From Firmicutes bacterium CAG:646 (GTDB lineage: Bacteria; Bacillota; Clostridia; Lachnospirales; Lachnospiraceae), in contig HF995366.1 in the NCBI GenBank assembly GCA_000432335.1, positions 10,792 through 74,791 of the forward strand: DNA of 64,000 nt. The letters are read 5' to 3'. The notes beneath the pieces were generated by a model that saw nothing but the letters and a program-made list of their open reading frames with translations, did no database searches and was not told the origin of the DNA. Within the stretch, counting starts at the first letter, position 1; every line of letters starts with the position of its first letter. Shown one piece after another: positions 49,185 through 60,294 of the stretch. A program made the translations under genes and the position numbers.

Positions 49185-49982
49185 ATGAAATTACTCGCTA
49201 TCGATATGGACGGCACCTGTCTGGATCCCCACAGCCGTATTACAGATTCTACACTGGAAGCGCTGCGAATGGCAGCCGATTCCAACATTCTTATAGTTCC
49301 CACCACCGGTCGGGCTTTATCCTGTCTGCCTCATCAACTTATTGAGGAATCTTTCTACCGTTATGTAATTACTTCTAATGGCGCTCAGGTGACCGATCTC
49401 CAGACAAATGCCACTATTTTTCAGGCTTTGATCCCTCGTTTGGTGGCTCAGGAGCTCCTTCATTCCTGTCATTCCTTGAAACTGGGACTCACTGCGCACA
49501 TTCATCAGGAATACCTTCTGCAAGGCAGACTGCTGGCTCTTCTTGGAAGGATTTTCTACAAAAAAGACGCCCGAAAAGCGCTCTGTGTAAAGGATCTGGC
49601 TCATATTGTTAAAACCACTTCCTACGATATTGAAGAACTGCAATTTTACTTTTTTTCTTCCTCCGCTTCCAGCCGTTTAAAAGAAATTCTGGCTTCCTAT
49701 CCGCAACTGCTGGCTGCTTATACGGGAAGCTATGTGGAGATTTTCTCTCAGAATGCCTCAAAAGGAAACGCTCTGGCTGCACTGGCAGCTCATCTGCATA
49801 TCCCCACCTCTCAGATCGCCTGCATCGGTGATGGAGAAAACGACCTTTCCATGTTTCAATCATCTGGACTCCGCTTTGCTATGGGAAATGCCGTTCCCGC
49901 CCTCAAAGAAAAAGCGGACCACATCCTCCCCTCCAACGGACAGGAAGGCGTGGCCCACGCCATTCGCAAATATCTCCTATGA
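49185..49982 (+). CDS. Cof-type HAD-IIB family hydrolase
   Basis: MKLLAIDMDGTCLD...VPTTGRA...GDGENDLSMF. Confidence 0.85.
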   Translation: MKLLAIDMDGTCLDPHSRITDSTLEALRMAADSNILIVPTTGRALSCLPHQLIEESFYRYVITSNGAQVTDLQTNATIFQALIPRLVAQELLHSCHSLKLGLTAHIHQEYLLQGRLLALLGRIFYKKDARKALCVKDLAHIVKTTSYDIEELQFYFFSSSASSRLKEILASYPQLLAAYTGSYVEIFSQNASKGNALAALAAHLHIPTSQIACIGDGENDLSMFQSSGLRFAMGNAVPALKEKADHILPSNGQEGVAHAIRKYLL

Positions 49983-49993
49983 TAATGTTGCGA

Positions 49994-50800
49994 TCATAAG
50001 CTGCGGCCTCCGCCTCCATGGCTGGAGCCGCTGCTGGAAGTATGCACGCTGCTTCTTCCCCCACCGCCTCCGCCAGAAGAATTGGAGGAAGAGATAGTTC
50101 TTTTCGTCACTGTTTCATTAATAAACTGATCTTCTTTTTGCTCCAGCCGCACCCCGCCCAATTTCTGGAAAGGATAAAAATACTGCTGTTTCTTCAACTT
50201 ATAAGAAGAATGCAGAGACACTACAAAAATAATCACGCCTCCCAAAGCGAGCCCCAGTGCTACCAGCGCTTCCACCCACGTGATAGAATAATATCGGCTG
50301 ACTTCTCCTGTCTCGGGATTATAATTATACTGTCCGTCCGGTATTCCTGCATTCATATACCGCTCCGTCTGATCCAACATCTGCAGTATTCCGTCTCCGT
50401 ACTGCTGTATTTTCAGATTCCCATAACCCGCATCGATCACGGACTGGATTCTGTCATCGGTGAGAAAACGGATCATGGAACCGCTGGTGGATATCCATAC
50501 GTTATTATTATACAAATCAATGAGAAACAGCGCTCCATTTTCACTGTAATCATGGCTGTCATAATAATCATCTGCATATTCTTCAGAGGTTTTCCCTGTC
50601 GCTTCCCTTACTGTCACCACCACATAATCCTGTTTCCAGGCTTCTGACATTTCTCCTGCTTTTTCCCGGATCTCCTGTTCCTGAACTTCGTCAAAAAGTT
50701 CCGCCTGATCCACTACAAGCTCCTTTTCCGCCTTTACCGGAGCCGGCACCATCAGAAAAAGGACCAGAAACAAACCCGCAAGCCACCCTGTCTTTCTCAT
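49994..50800 (-). CDS. TPM domain-containing membrane protein (YdjH/YgcG-like) with a Gly/Ser-rich tail
   Basis: Signal peptide MRKTGWLAGLFLVLFLMVPAPVKA, TPM domain, TM helix, SSGGGGGGRSS tail. Start overlaps the upstream gene by 4 nt. Confidence 0.7.
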   Translation of the reverse strand: MRKTGWLAGLFLVLFLMVPAPVKAEKELVVDQAELFDEVQEQEIREKAGEMSEAWKQDYVVVTVREATGKTSEEYADDYYDSHDYSENGALFLIDLYNNNVWISTSGSMIRFLTDDRIQSVIDAGYGNLKIQQYGDGILQMLDQTERYMNAGIPDGQYNYNPETGEVSRYYSITWVEALVALGLALGGVIIFVVSLHSSYKLKKQQYFYPFQKLGGVRLEQKEDQFINETVTKRTISSSNSSGGGGGGRSSVHTSSSGSSHGGGGRSL

Positions 50801-51888
50801 AATAGTAATCCTCCTGCAAGCCCAAGTAAAAATATAATGGCAAATAAAATACCGGAGATAATCCCCACTTTCTTCCTGTCTATGGGAAGTTCTCCACAAA
50901 CCTTTCCCGTTTGTCCATTAATAGCGTAGTAATAGGTCTTCTGATCCTGCCCCTGATAGGTAATTACCCAGGCGGGAACCAACGCATACTCCCAATCCTC
51001 CTGTAATGTCTGAATATCGAACCCCTGGACCGTCACAGTTGTATAGCCTTTCGCCGTAGCTTTCAGCAACTTCTCACCGTATTCTTTCACGTCTTCCTGA
51101 ATGCTCTGCTGAAATTCCTCTCGCTCCATGTCCCGTTTTTCTGCCTGAAAACCAGACAGATAACCCATGGAAAATTCTTTTGCCTTCTGAATCTCATAAG
51201 GCTGAATCCCTTCCACCAGTTTTTTGTTCGCTTTTCGCAAAGCATTTCTGGACATGGCTGGAAATTCCAGTTCTCCGCTTCGCTGCAGCCTATAATGACG
51301 GGTCTCCGTATATTCTGTATTTCCTCTCCGCCACACCCGCACCTTGGTCGCCCTCGCCTCCAGAGCGCCCCGTCCTTTCCAGTTGATCATCCAGTACGGA
51401 AAATACACTCCCGAGAGCAGTTCGATCTGTTTTTTATCAAAAAATCCGTTCGGTACGAATTTTTTCTTTTTCATTGCATCCAGAAAAATCTGTTCTGCTT
51501 TCTTCCTGTCTATGGAAAAAGGCAGAATCCAGCCGGGAAGGTATTTCCCGGACAATCTTCCAGATAATACCACCGGATTGTGACAATAGTAGCAAAAAGT
51601 AGCCGCCGTCGTCTCGTCTGTGATAATTTCTGCTCCACAGCTGGGGCAGGTATAGACTACCGCTTCCCCACTCTGTTCTTCTTCCTCTTTTACCGGCTCC
51701 TCTTCTCTTTTCTCCCCATCAAAATCAGCCGTCCCGGATTCCCGGGGCGGCTGTTCCTGCGGATACATCTCATCCATCTGATCCTGTGTAAAATCAGAAC
51801 CGCAGTACGGACATTCGTACTTCTGGGTAGAAGGTTCAAAAACTAATTCCCCATCACAGTTGGGGCATTTGAAGCTAATTACCGACAT
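50797..51888 (-). CDS. Double zinc-ribbon membrane protein (YdjG-like)
   Basis: FKCPNCDG..CPYCGS and CPSCGA...CYYCHN, with a C-terminal TM helix. RBS GGAGG. Confidence 0.6.
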   Translation of the reverse strand: MSVISFKCPNCDGELVFEPSTQKYECPYCGSDFTQDQMDEMYPQEQPPRESGTADFDGEKREEEPVKEEEEQSGEAVVYTCPSCGAEIITDETTAATFCYYCHNPVVLSGRLSGKYLPGWILPFSIDRKKAEQIFLDAMKKKKFVPNGFFDKKQIELLSGVYFPYWMINWKGRGALEARATKVRVWRRGNTEYTETRHYRLQRSGELEFPAMSRNALRKANKKLVEGIQPYEIQKAKEFSMGYLSGFQAEKRDMEREEFQQSIQEDVKEYGEKLLKATAKGYTTVTVQGFDIQTLQEDWEYALVPAWVITYQGQDQKTYYYAINGQTGKVCGELPIDRKKVGIISGILFAIIFLLGLAGGLLL

Positions 51889-51935
51889 AGCAAAACCTCC
51901 TGTCCTATTTATCTTAGGAAAGTATGAAACTCCCG

Positions 51936-52175
51936 TTATTCCCGGGATTTTCCGCATTCACTGCAGAATCTTCCTGTATTCTTATGTCCGCAGCTGCAGA
52001 TCCACTCTCCTGCTGGACGCGGCTTTCCACATTCACTGCAGAATTTTCCTGTATTCTCATGACCACAAGAGCAGATCCAGCTTTCTTTTACCGGTTTGGG
52101 CTGTCCGCACTCGCTGCAGAATTTTCCTGTATTCTCATGGCCACAAGAACAGATCCAACCCGCTTTTACTGGTTT
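51936..52175 (-). repeat. Three tandem repeats of about 75 nt encoding zinc-ribbon modules
   Basis: WICSCGHENTGKFCSECGQPKPVKES / ...GKPRPAGE / ...GKSRE. They also generate the repetitive spurious plus-strand ORFs. Confidence 0.75.
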
Positions 52176-53198
52176 TTCCTCCTGCGCTCTGTTTTCTTCT
52201 GCTTTCTGCTGCGCTGCCTGCTGCAGATTAGCGGCAGACATGGAAGACGTCATATTGCCGCCCATCTGAGCGCCCATATTCATCCCCATAAAGCCTACAG
52301 TGCTTCCTCCCGGATTCTTTCCGGCAGCCTCCATGCCTCGGGCAAACGCCCCCTGCACATAGCCTTCCCGCACCATAGGGTCTCCCAGCATGGCTCCCTG
52401 ATTTCTCATATTGATCAGTTTCTGGGATTCCTCGTCATAAGATACACTGGCAATTCCCACCGACTGGATCTCCATTCCGCGATTCTTTCTCCAGTCCTCG
52501 TCCAGCGTATCTGCCATATATTTTGACAACTCCCGGCTCTTGGACGGTACATAAGAAATTCTCACCCCGTCCATCGACATCTGATTGATGGAGGACTGCA
52601 AAGCATCCAGAAATTCAAACAAATACTGTTCGTTGATATCCCGGATCTCCACCTGATCTCTGTTCTTTGGAATCGCCTCCGCATAAAAGCGGATAGGGTC
52701 TGTAATCTTCACGGAATACGTTCCATGGGCTCTCAAAAACAACTCTGCATTATAAAAATTGTCGAAATAATTGATCGGATTGCGTGTTCCAAACTTAATC
52801 CCCTTAATCTCCTGAAGGTTCAGATAATAAACCTTCTGGGCGGTGGGCGCTGCGCCGCCAAATCGGAATCTGTCAAAGGAACTTTTCAGCACATCATCCA
52901 GATCACCGCTGAACATGGACGGCATAGAGGAATTATCCACGGTAAAATATCCGGGTTCCGCACTGTAATCTACGATTTTTCCTCCATCTAACAGCATCAT
53001 AAACTGACCTTCATACACATGGATGACAGAACCATTGGAAATCGTATCTCTTGTGCCTTTTTTATTTGCTCCTTTGCCCGTACAGATTCCCCGGGTCATG
53101 ACCGTCTGATCTCCCATATCCTCCGGTTCCACAACTTCCAGCCACTGATCAGCCAAAGATCCCCCCACGGTCTCTTTTATTGCCTTAATAATACCCAT
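51936..53198 (-). CDS. SPFH/Band-7 domain protein (YdjI-like) with three C-terminal tandem zinc-ribbon repeats
   Basis: MGIIKAIKETVGGSLADQWLEVVEP... SPFH-like N-terminal region. WICSCGHENTGKFCSECG x3. Confidence 0.7.
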   Translation of the reverse strand: MGIIKAIKETVGGSLADQWLEVVEPEDMGDQTVMTRGICTGKGANKKGTRDTISNGSVIHVYEGQFMMLLDGGKIVDYSAEPGYFTVDNSSMPSMFSGDLDDVLKSSFDRFRFGGAAPTAQKVYYLNLQEIKGIKFGTRNPINYFDNFYNAELFLRAHGTYSVKITDPIRFYAEAIPKNRDQVEIRDINEQYLFEFLDALQSSINQMSMDGVRISYVPSKSRELSKYMADTLDEDWRKNRGMEIQSVGIASVSYDEESQKLINMRNQGAMLGDPMVREGYVQGAFARGMEAAGKNPGGSTVGFMGMNMGAQMGGNMTSSMSAANLQQAAQQKAEENRAQEEKPVKAGWICSCGHENTGKFCSECGQPKPVKESWICSCGHENTGKFCSECGKPRPAGEWICSCGHKNTGRFCSECGKSRE

Positions 53199-53245
53199 AT
53201 ATACCTCCCTTCCTGATCTTTCGTCAAGGCTTTACCAGCGAAAGA

Positions 53246-54380
53246 TCATTCCTCCTGATTATCTGCCTTCTTTCCTCCAAGGGCGATCCATTTCAGATAT
53301 CCATTAATGAATGGATCGATATTTCCATCCATTACGCTGTCCACATTACCGCTCTCTGTTCCCGTTCGGTGATCCTTCACCATGGTATACGGCTGCATCA
53401 CATAAGAACGGATCTGATTTCCCCAGGCGATATCCGTCACTTCTCCTCGAATGCCGGAAAGTTTTTCCATATTCTCCTGCTGTTTCAGAAGATACAGCTT
53501 CGCTTTCAACATCTGCATCGCCTTATCCTTATTCTGGAACTGGGAGCGCTCATTCTGGCACTGTACCACGATACCCGTAGGAAGATGGGTGATTCGGATT
53601 GCAGAGGACGTCTTATTAATATGCTGACCACCGGCGCCGCTGGAGCGGTACGTATCGATTCTCAGTTCATCCTCTTTGATATCCACATCCAGATCCTCGT
53701 CAATATCCGGCATAACATCGCAGGATACGAAAGACGTCTGACGTTTTCCCGCCGCATTGAAGGGGGAAATACGCACCAGACGGTGCACACCTTTTTCTGA
53801 TTTCAGATAACCATAGGCATTTTCCCCATGTACCTCAAAGGTAACAGACTTAATACCCGCCTCGTCGCCGTCCAGATAATCCAGCACTTCCAGAGAAAAT
53901 CCCTTCTTTTCTGCCCAACGGCAATACATACGATAAAGCATTCCTGCCCAATCACAGGATTCCGTTCCGCCTGCGCCTGCATTCAGCTTCACGATAGCGT
54001 CATTCTTATCGTATTCTCCTGAAAGCAGCGTTTTCATACGGATACTCTCAAAATCCGCCTCAAACTGGTCAAGGATTTCCTGAATCTCTTCGATAACGGA
54101 AGGATCATTTTCCTCATATCCCATCTCGATCAGCGTTTCCATATCCTCCATCTGGCTTTCCAGATTTTCGTAAGTCTCTTTATCATCCTTGAGACTTTTC
54201 AGTTCTTTCATCATTTCCTGGGAGCGTTCCGGGTCATCCCAGAAATTCGGCTCCTCCATTTTTCTTTCTAATTCTTCGATCCGCTTTTCTTTATTAGCGA
54301 GGTCAAAGTGAATCCCTCACTTCCACTAATGGTTGTGTATAGGAATTCAGTGTAGCTTTGAATTGATCTAATTCTACCAA
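53246..54380 (-). CDS. prfB: Peptide chain release factor 2 with a programmed +1 frameshift (CTT TGA C at 54303-54308)
   Basis: Frame 0 gives (TTG)VELDQFKATLNSYTQPLVEVRDSL then TGA. The +1 frame continues DLANKEKRIEELERKMEEPNFWDDPER... through the SPF and GGQ regions. An SD-like GAGGGA lies upstream of CTT. Confidence 0.85.
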
Positions 54381-54458
54381 AAGTTTCACCTTCTTTCCAT
54401 ATAATCACAAACTGCCTGCCAACATGACTGGCAGTTCCTCTTCATTATACGTGTTATT

Positions 54459-55121
54459 TCAAAAATGCACAAGTGGAAAGATTTTATCCTCCCATTCCTC
54501 GTAACTCTCCAGATAAATATCTCCCAGCGCTTTCAGTCTCTCCTGCTCTTTCTCGGAAGCATCCCATACTGCCACCAGGGGAAATCCCGCTCTTTTTACA
54601 GTTTCCGCCGCATGAAGAGCATCTTCAAAAACCAGCGTTTCTTCCACGGCGCTTCCCAGATCCTCCCTCGCCACCTGATAAATCTTATCCGAGTGTTTTC
54701 CCTCTCCCACCTGTCTGCAGCAGAAGACGGACTGAAAATAATCCCGAAGCCCTGTATGTTCCAGTGCATATTCGATCATATACGTATCTGTGGCGGACGC
54801 CACGCACATAGGCACTCCCGCCGCCTTTAAACTGTCCAATACCTTTCGGATTCCCGGTTTTTCCTTCACCTCATGAAGATAAAATTCCTCCATCACCTTA
54901 TAAATATCCCGTACCAGTTCTTCCGGTGTCTCCGCAAATCCATATTTGTCTTTTAAAAACTGCGCCGCTTCCAGCATCGTCATCCGTGTCAGCATATCAT
55001 ACAACCCCGGCTCCGGCGTTTTCCCTCTCTTCTTCAGATACAGATTTCCCAGTTCATACCACATAAACATAGAATCCACCAAAGTTCCATCCATATCAAA
55101 AATCGCACCTTTTATCTTCAT
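54459..55121 (-). CDS. HAD-IA family hydrolase (beta-phosphoglucomutase-like phosphatase)
   Basis: MKIKGAIFDMDGTLVDS... Confidence 0.85.
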   Translation of the reverse strand: MKIKGAIFDMDGTLVDSMFMWYELGNLYLKKRGKTPEPGLYDMLTRMTMLEAAQFLKDKYGFAETPEELVRDIYKVMEEFYLHEVKEKPGIRKVLDSLKAAGVPMCVASATDTYMIEYALEHTGLRDYFQSVFCCRQVGEGKHSDKIYQVAREDLGSAVEETLVFEDALHAAETVKRAGFPLVAVWDASEKEQERLKALGDIYLESYEEWEDKIFPLVHF

Positions 55122-55241
55122 GGTATTCTCCCTGTTCTTTACTCTTTACATAAAGGAAACAGGAGCCGCCATGCCAACACCCCCTGAAAATCAGGTCTGC
55201 TGTTCTGACAGCTCCTGTTCTGTCTTATTTATCCTGTACTT

Positions 55242-57812
55242 TTAAACTCTCTTTCTTCCGCAGCACTGTTTGTATTTCTTTCCGCTGCCGCATGGACATG
55301 GATCATTTGGATAAACCTTATCCTGCTGACGGCGAACCGGTCCTTTCTGGGAAGATTCGTCTTTATTCGTTCCGGTAACCTGAGCTACCTGCTCTCTTTC
55401 TACCTTCTGCTCAATGCGAACGTGGTAGAGAAGCCGGATCGTATCCTGCTGGATACTGCTGATCATACTGTCAAACATCTCAAAAGCGCTCATCTTATAT
55501 TCCACCTTTGGATCTCTCTGACCGTACGCCTGCAAACCGATTCCCTGACGAAGCTGTTCCATATCGTCAATATGATCCATCCATTTCCGATCGATCACTT
55601 TCAGAAGAACTACACGCTCCAGCTCACGGATCTGCTCCGGTTCCGGGAATTCTGCTTCTTTCAATTCATACAGCTTAATTGCTTCTTCTTTGATATTCTG
55701 CTTTAACTGATTTTTTCTCAGTCCTTTTACGCTCTCTGCGGTAATCGTCTTCACCGGAATGATCGGCAAAAGAACGGTATTCAATTCTACCAGATCCCAT
55801 TCTTCAGCTTCCGCCTCGTCATTGATACACATGTCGATGGTATTGTCAATGGTATCGGTAATCATCTTACAGATCGCATCCCGCATATTCTCACCGTCCA
55901 GAACACGGCGTCTCTCTTTATAAATAATTTCTCTCTGCTCGTTATTTACCTGATCGTATTCCAACAGATTCTTACGGATTCCGTAGTTATTGCTCTCAAT
56001 CTTCTTCTGAGCTTTTTCAATGGCGCTGGAAAGCATCTTATGCTCAATCTGTTCGTTCTCCGCAACTCCCAGATTACTGAATACGGTCATCAGCTTTTCT
56101 GAACCGAACAGGCGCATCAGATCATCTTCCAGAGAAATATAGAAACGGGATTCTCCCGGATCTCCCTGACGTCCCGAACGTCCGCGGAGCTGATTATCAA
56201 TACGGCGGGACTCGTGACGCTCTGTACCGATAATTTTCAGACCGCCTGCTTCTCTCGCCTCGTCATCCAGTTTAATATCCGTACCACGCCCTGCCATGTT
56301 GGTAGCGATGGTCACTGCACCGGACATACCTGCCTGCGCTACGATCTCAGCCTCCAGCTCATGGAATTTGGCATTCAATACCTGGTGCTTGATTCCTTCC
56401 CTGCGCAGCATATTACTCAAAAGTTCAGAAGTCTCGATGGTAATCGTACCCACCAGAACCGGCTGATTCTTTTCATGGGCTTCCTTGATCTCCTCTACCA
56501 CTGCCCGGAACTTCTCTTTCTTTGTCATATATACTGCATCTTCCCGGTCAATACGCTGTACCGGACGGTTCGTTGGAATCTCGATAACATCCATACCGTA
56601 GATCTCACGGAACTCCTGCTCCTCAGTCAGAGCCGTACCCGTCATACCTGATTTTTTCTTATATTTATTAAAGAAATTCTGGAAAGTGATCGTAGCCAGC
56701 GTCTTACTTTCCCGACGAACCTTTACATGCTCTTTTGCCTCGATCGCCTGATGAAGTCCGTCAGAATATCTTCTTCCCGGCATGATACGTCCGGTAAATT
56801 CATCTACGATCAATACCTGGTCGTCTTTTACCACGTAATCCTGGTCTTTAAACATCAGATTATGCGCCCGGAGTGCCAGAATAATATTGTGCTGGATCTC
56901 CAGATTCTCCGGATCTGCCAGGTTCTCGATGTTGAAGAACTTCTCTACCTTCTTCACACCTTCCTCTGTCAGATTCACCACTTTATCCTTTTCATTTACG
57001 ATAAAATCACCGGTCTCTGTGATCTCTTCGCCCATGATAGCCGTCATCTTGGTCATCTCACCGCTGGCTTCGCCTCGTTCCAGCTGTCTTGCCAGAATAT
57101 CGCAGACCTCATAAAGCTTCGTGGACTTCCCACTCTGCCCGGAAATGATCAGCGGAGTACGCGCCTCATCAATAAGGACAGAGTCCACCTCATCGATAAT
57201 CGCATAGTGCAGATCTCTCTGTACCAGCTGTTCTTTGTAGATTACCATATTATCACGAAGATAATCAAAACCATCTTCATTATTTGTCACATAAGTAATA
57301 TCGCAGGCATACTGCTCCCGTCTCTCATCATTCTTCATGGAGTTTAAGATCACACCTACGGTCAGTCCCAGAAACTCGTGAACCTTTCCCATCCACTCTG
57401 CATCACGCTTTGCCAGATAATCATTGACAGTTACGATATGAACGCCTTTTCCCTCCAGCGCATTCAGATATGCCGGACAGGTAGATACCAGCGTCTTACC
57501 TTCACCAGTTCTCATCTCCGCGATACGTCCCTGATGCAGAATAATACCACCGATCAGCTGTACACGGTAATGTTCCATATTCAGAACACGTCTGGATGCC
57601 TCACGAACAGTGGCAAATGCTTCGGGAAGCAGATCGTCCAAAGTCTCCCCCTTTGCCAGACGCTCCTTAAATTCTCTTGTCTTATCTTTCAACTGCTCGT
57701 CTGTCAGCTCTACCATAGACGGACGAAGCGCTTCAATCTTATCCACCAGGGGCATAATTCTTTTCAATTCTCTGGAACTGTGGGTTCCGAAGAGTTTTTC
57801 TGTTAATTTCAT
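55242..57812 (-). CDS. secA: Preprotein translocase ATPase SecA
   Basis: Start [10 protein letters not shown]-terminal zinc-binding [14 protein letters not shown]. Confidence 0.95.
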   Translation of the reverse strand: MKLTEKLFGTHSSRELKRIMPLVDKIEALRPSMVELTDEQLKDKTREFKERLAKGETLDDLLPEAFATVREASRRVLNMEHYRVQLIGGIILHQGRIAEMRTGEGKTLVSTCPAYLNALEGKGVHIVTVNDYLAKRDAEWMGKVHEFLGLTVGVILNSMKNDERREQYACDITYVTNNEDGFDYLRDNMVIYKEQLVQRDLHYAIIDEVDSVLIDEARTPLIISGQSGKSTKLYEVCDILARQLERGEASGEMTKMTAIMGEEITETGDFIVNEKDKVVNLTEEGVKKVEKFFNIENLADPENLEIQHNIILALRAHNLMFKDQDYVVKDDQVLIVDEFTGRIMPGRRYSDGLHQAIEAKEHVKVRRESKTLATITFQNFFNKYKKKSGMTGTALTEEQEFREIYGMDVIEIPTNRPVQRIDREDAVYMTKKEKFRAVVEEIKEAHEKNQPVLVGTITIETSELLSNMLRREGIKHQVLNAKFHELEAEIVAQAGMSGAVTIATNMAGRGTDIKLDDEAREAGGLKIIGTERHESRRIDNQLRGRSGRQGDPGESRFYISLEDDLMRLFGSEKLMTVFSNLGVAENEQIEHKMLSSAIEKAQKKIESNNYGIRKNLLEYDQVNNEQREIIYKERRRVLDGENMRDAICKMITDTIDNTIDMCINDEAEAEEWDLVELNTVLLPIIPVKTITAESVKGLRKNQLKQNIKEEAIKLYELKEAEFPEPEQIRELERVVLLKVIDRKWMDHIDDMEQLRQGIGLQAYGQRDPKVEYKMSAFEMFDSMISSIQQDTIRLLYHVRIEQKVEREQVAQVTGTNKDESSQKGPVRRQQDKVYPNDPCPCGSGKKYKQCCGRKRV

Positions 57813-57921
57813 ATGGTCACTCCTGTTAAAATTCATGTTTTCACAATACTAATAACTATTTTAACACTTTCTTTCCGGTTAGACAACTTTATTTTTTCGC
57901 AAAAACACTACACTTTTCCGC

Positions 57922-59475
57922 TTAGTGCTGTACATCTTGATCGTTCAGAGTTTCCATAAGATTACATGGAGGAAGGATACTGTTGATCCGTTCAAATAAC
58001 GCATCATCAAAATTGTACCGTACCTCACATTCCTTATCAAAAATCATCGTCGGCTCCTGTTCTTCCGTAACCGCAGTCCATTCTGGAAGCAATTCCTGCG
58101 CCGGTTTGCCTGTGCGGACAAATTCCATAAACGCTCCAAACATCTGATTTTCCAATCGTTCCGTCACCTCCGGGATCGCACACACTTCCACTTTATCCGT
58201 ATTATGGAAGAAGAAAGGAATATCGGAACAATGCCATGCGACCTTATGCATCATAGGAAACTCCAGCGTAAATTCATACAGATACGTTCCTGCTTTCTTC
58301 CCTTGGGCATGCATTGCCGCAAGTTTTTTGGATGGTTCCCGCATCACACGATCCACACTCAAAAGATCTGTCAGATCTTTGCCCGGATATGTCTTTGCAA
58401 AAATCTCCGCCATCTCCTCCGTATGTTCCCCGTAAACCCGACGCACAATATCCATTCTCTCCTGCTCTGTAAGCGCCGTCTTGTCAAATGTGGAAGGAGC
58501 GAAAGCAAATTCTCCATATACAGAACCAATCATCAGAGGAATCTCATACCCATGTTCCCGCATTCCAAATTGCAGCGGACTTCCCTGATACCATTCGTTT
58601 ACCTGAGGACCATTTCCCACATAACCTCCGCTCCTAGCCACCGATGGCATTACCTTGGTATAAGCTTTTACCAGATCCGGATATGGCAACGTTTCCAACT
58701 GTTCCACATCCGTTTCTTCCAGCCCTAACTCCTTCAGAATCGCTTTTACAATCTCCTCTCCCGTTCCCATGCAGGACGGCAGCAGCATCTCATTCGCAAC
58801 ACCGCTCATAATCAGACCACGGTGAAATAAACCGTCTGCCGCAGGAATCTGCATCAGATCCGCCACTTTCATTCCGCCGCCGGACTGTCCGAAAATAGTC
58901 ACATTTCCCGGATCCCCGCCAAACTCTGCGATATTATCATGAATCCACTGCAAAGCAGCTACCATATCTGCATGTCCCGCATTTCCTGAATTTTTATATT
59001 TTTCGCCAAATGGTGAAAGGTCCAAATATCCCAGAATATTCAAACGGTGATTCAAGGTAACTACCACCACATCCCCTTTCTCACACATGGCATGACCATC
59101 ATAAGCCACCTGCTCAATGGAAGAGCCTGCAAAATATCCGCCGCCATGCAGCCATACCACAACGGGCTTCTTGGCATTTGTATCCAATTCTTTCGTCCAG
59201 ATATTCAGGTTCTGACAATGCTCATCCATCGGCCAGTAGCGATGAGGAACCATTAATTCACCAGTGGGTGTCTCCTGCGCCATCAGCGGACATACAAACC
59301 CATAGGACGTTGCCTCCCGCACCCCTTCCCAATGGGAAGGGCGCGGCATTTGAAAACGCTCCGCATAAGCGTACGGAACTCCTTTAAAAATATATTCTCC
59401 ATCATAAAAATAACCTTTTAATTTTCCGGAGGTGGTTTCCACTACCGGAACTTCATCATACCGAAATACTTTCAT
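57922..59475 (-). CDS. Type-B carboxylesterase/lipase family protein
   Basis: The WLHGGGYFAGS oxyanion block and the nucleophile elbow GQSGGG, a variant of GESAG. Confidence 0.8.
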   Translation of the reverse strand: MKVFRYDEVPVVETTSGKLKGYFYDGEYIFKGVPYAYAERFQMPRPSHWEGVREATSYGFVCPLMAQETPTGELMVPHRYWPMDEHCQNLNIWTKELDTNAKKPVVVWLHGGGYFAGSSIEQVAYDGHAMCEKGDVVVVTLNHRLNILGYLDLSPFGEKYKNSGNAGHADMVAALQWIHDNIAEFGGDPGNVTIFGQSGGGMKVADLMQIPAADGLFHRGLIMSGVANEMLLPSCMGTGEEIVKAILKELGLEETDVEQLETLPYPDLVKAYTKVMPSVARSGGYVGNGPQVNEWYQGSPLQFGMREHGYEIPLMIGSVYGEFAFAPSTFDKTALTEQERMDIVRRVYGEHTEEMAEIFAKTYPGKDLTDLLSVDRVMREPSKKLAAMHAQGKKAGTYLYEFTLEFPMMHKVAWHCSDIPFFFHNTDKVEVCAIPEVTERLENQMFGAFMEFVRTGKPAQELLPEWTAVTEEQEPTMIFDKECEVRYNFDDALFERINSILPPCNLMETLNDQDVQH

Positions 59476-59622
59476 ATTTTTCTATCCCCTTTTTTCCACA
59501 TCTTACTCTTTCTGATTTCCATAAATGAATACCCAAACCATCCACATCTCTGTAAATGATTTGGGTATTCGCTTAAACTATCGCTGCTTTGCGACAGATT
59601 TTGTGTTATTTAATTTTCCGGA

Positions 59623-60150
59623 TCAGCACTCCGGTTCAATCAGTCCGTAAGTATTTCCCTTTCTTTTGTAAACTACATTGACTTCATCTGTCTCTGCATT
59701 ACGGAATACAAAGAAGTTATGTCCCAGCAATTCCATCTGTACACAAGCATCTTCCGGATACATGGGTTTGATACCGAAACGTTTGGTACGGATAATATTT
59801 ACTTCCTCTTCCTCTATAAAATCGTCTTCCATGAATGTTTTCTGGAAGTTTCCTGCACCCTGCTGTTTGTTCACGATCTTTGTTTTGTACTTGCGAAGCT
59901 GACGCTCGATCACTTCTTCCACCAGATCGATAGATACGTACATATCGCTGCTTACCTGTTCTGACCGGATAATATTTCCCTTTACCGGAATAGTCACTTC
60001 AATCTTCTGTCTTTCCTTCTCCACACTTAACGTAACGTGGACTTCAGTCTCAGGAGTAAAATACTTTTCTAACTTTCCAAGCTTGTCCTGGATCGCTGTT
60101 TTTAAACCTTCTGTCACATCGATATTTTTTCCGCTGATAATAAATTTCAT
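59623..60150 (-). CDS. hpf: Ribosome hibernation-promoting factor, long form
   Basis: MKFIISGKNIDVTEGLKTAIQDKLGKLEKYF... Confidence 0.9.
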   Translation of the reverse strand: MKFIISGKNIDVTEGLKTAIQDKLGKLEKYFTPETEVHVTLSVEKERQKIEVTIPVKGNIIRSEQVSSDMYVSIDLVEEVIERQLRKYKTKIVNKQQGAGNFQKTFMEDDFIEEEEVNIIRTKRFGIKPMYPEDACVQMELLGHNFFVFRNAETDEVNVVYKRKGNTYGLIEPEC

Positions 60151-60294
60151 GCTGTCAACCCCTTCGCCCTTTATTTTACAAAAACTTTACTACAACTTTT
60201 GTAAGTGACTATATTATAACAATTTATCCTGAACTTGGCAACTTTTTTTGCAAAATTTATATACAATTTATATTTTTTTGCAACAGTTCAGATT

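Noticed and set aside
51860-52526. Repetitive plus-strand ORFs (HCRIFLYSH... repeated)
   Set aside because: They are the antisense reading of the triple zinc-ribbon tandem repeat at the 3' end of the SPFH gene.
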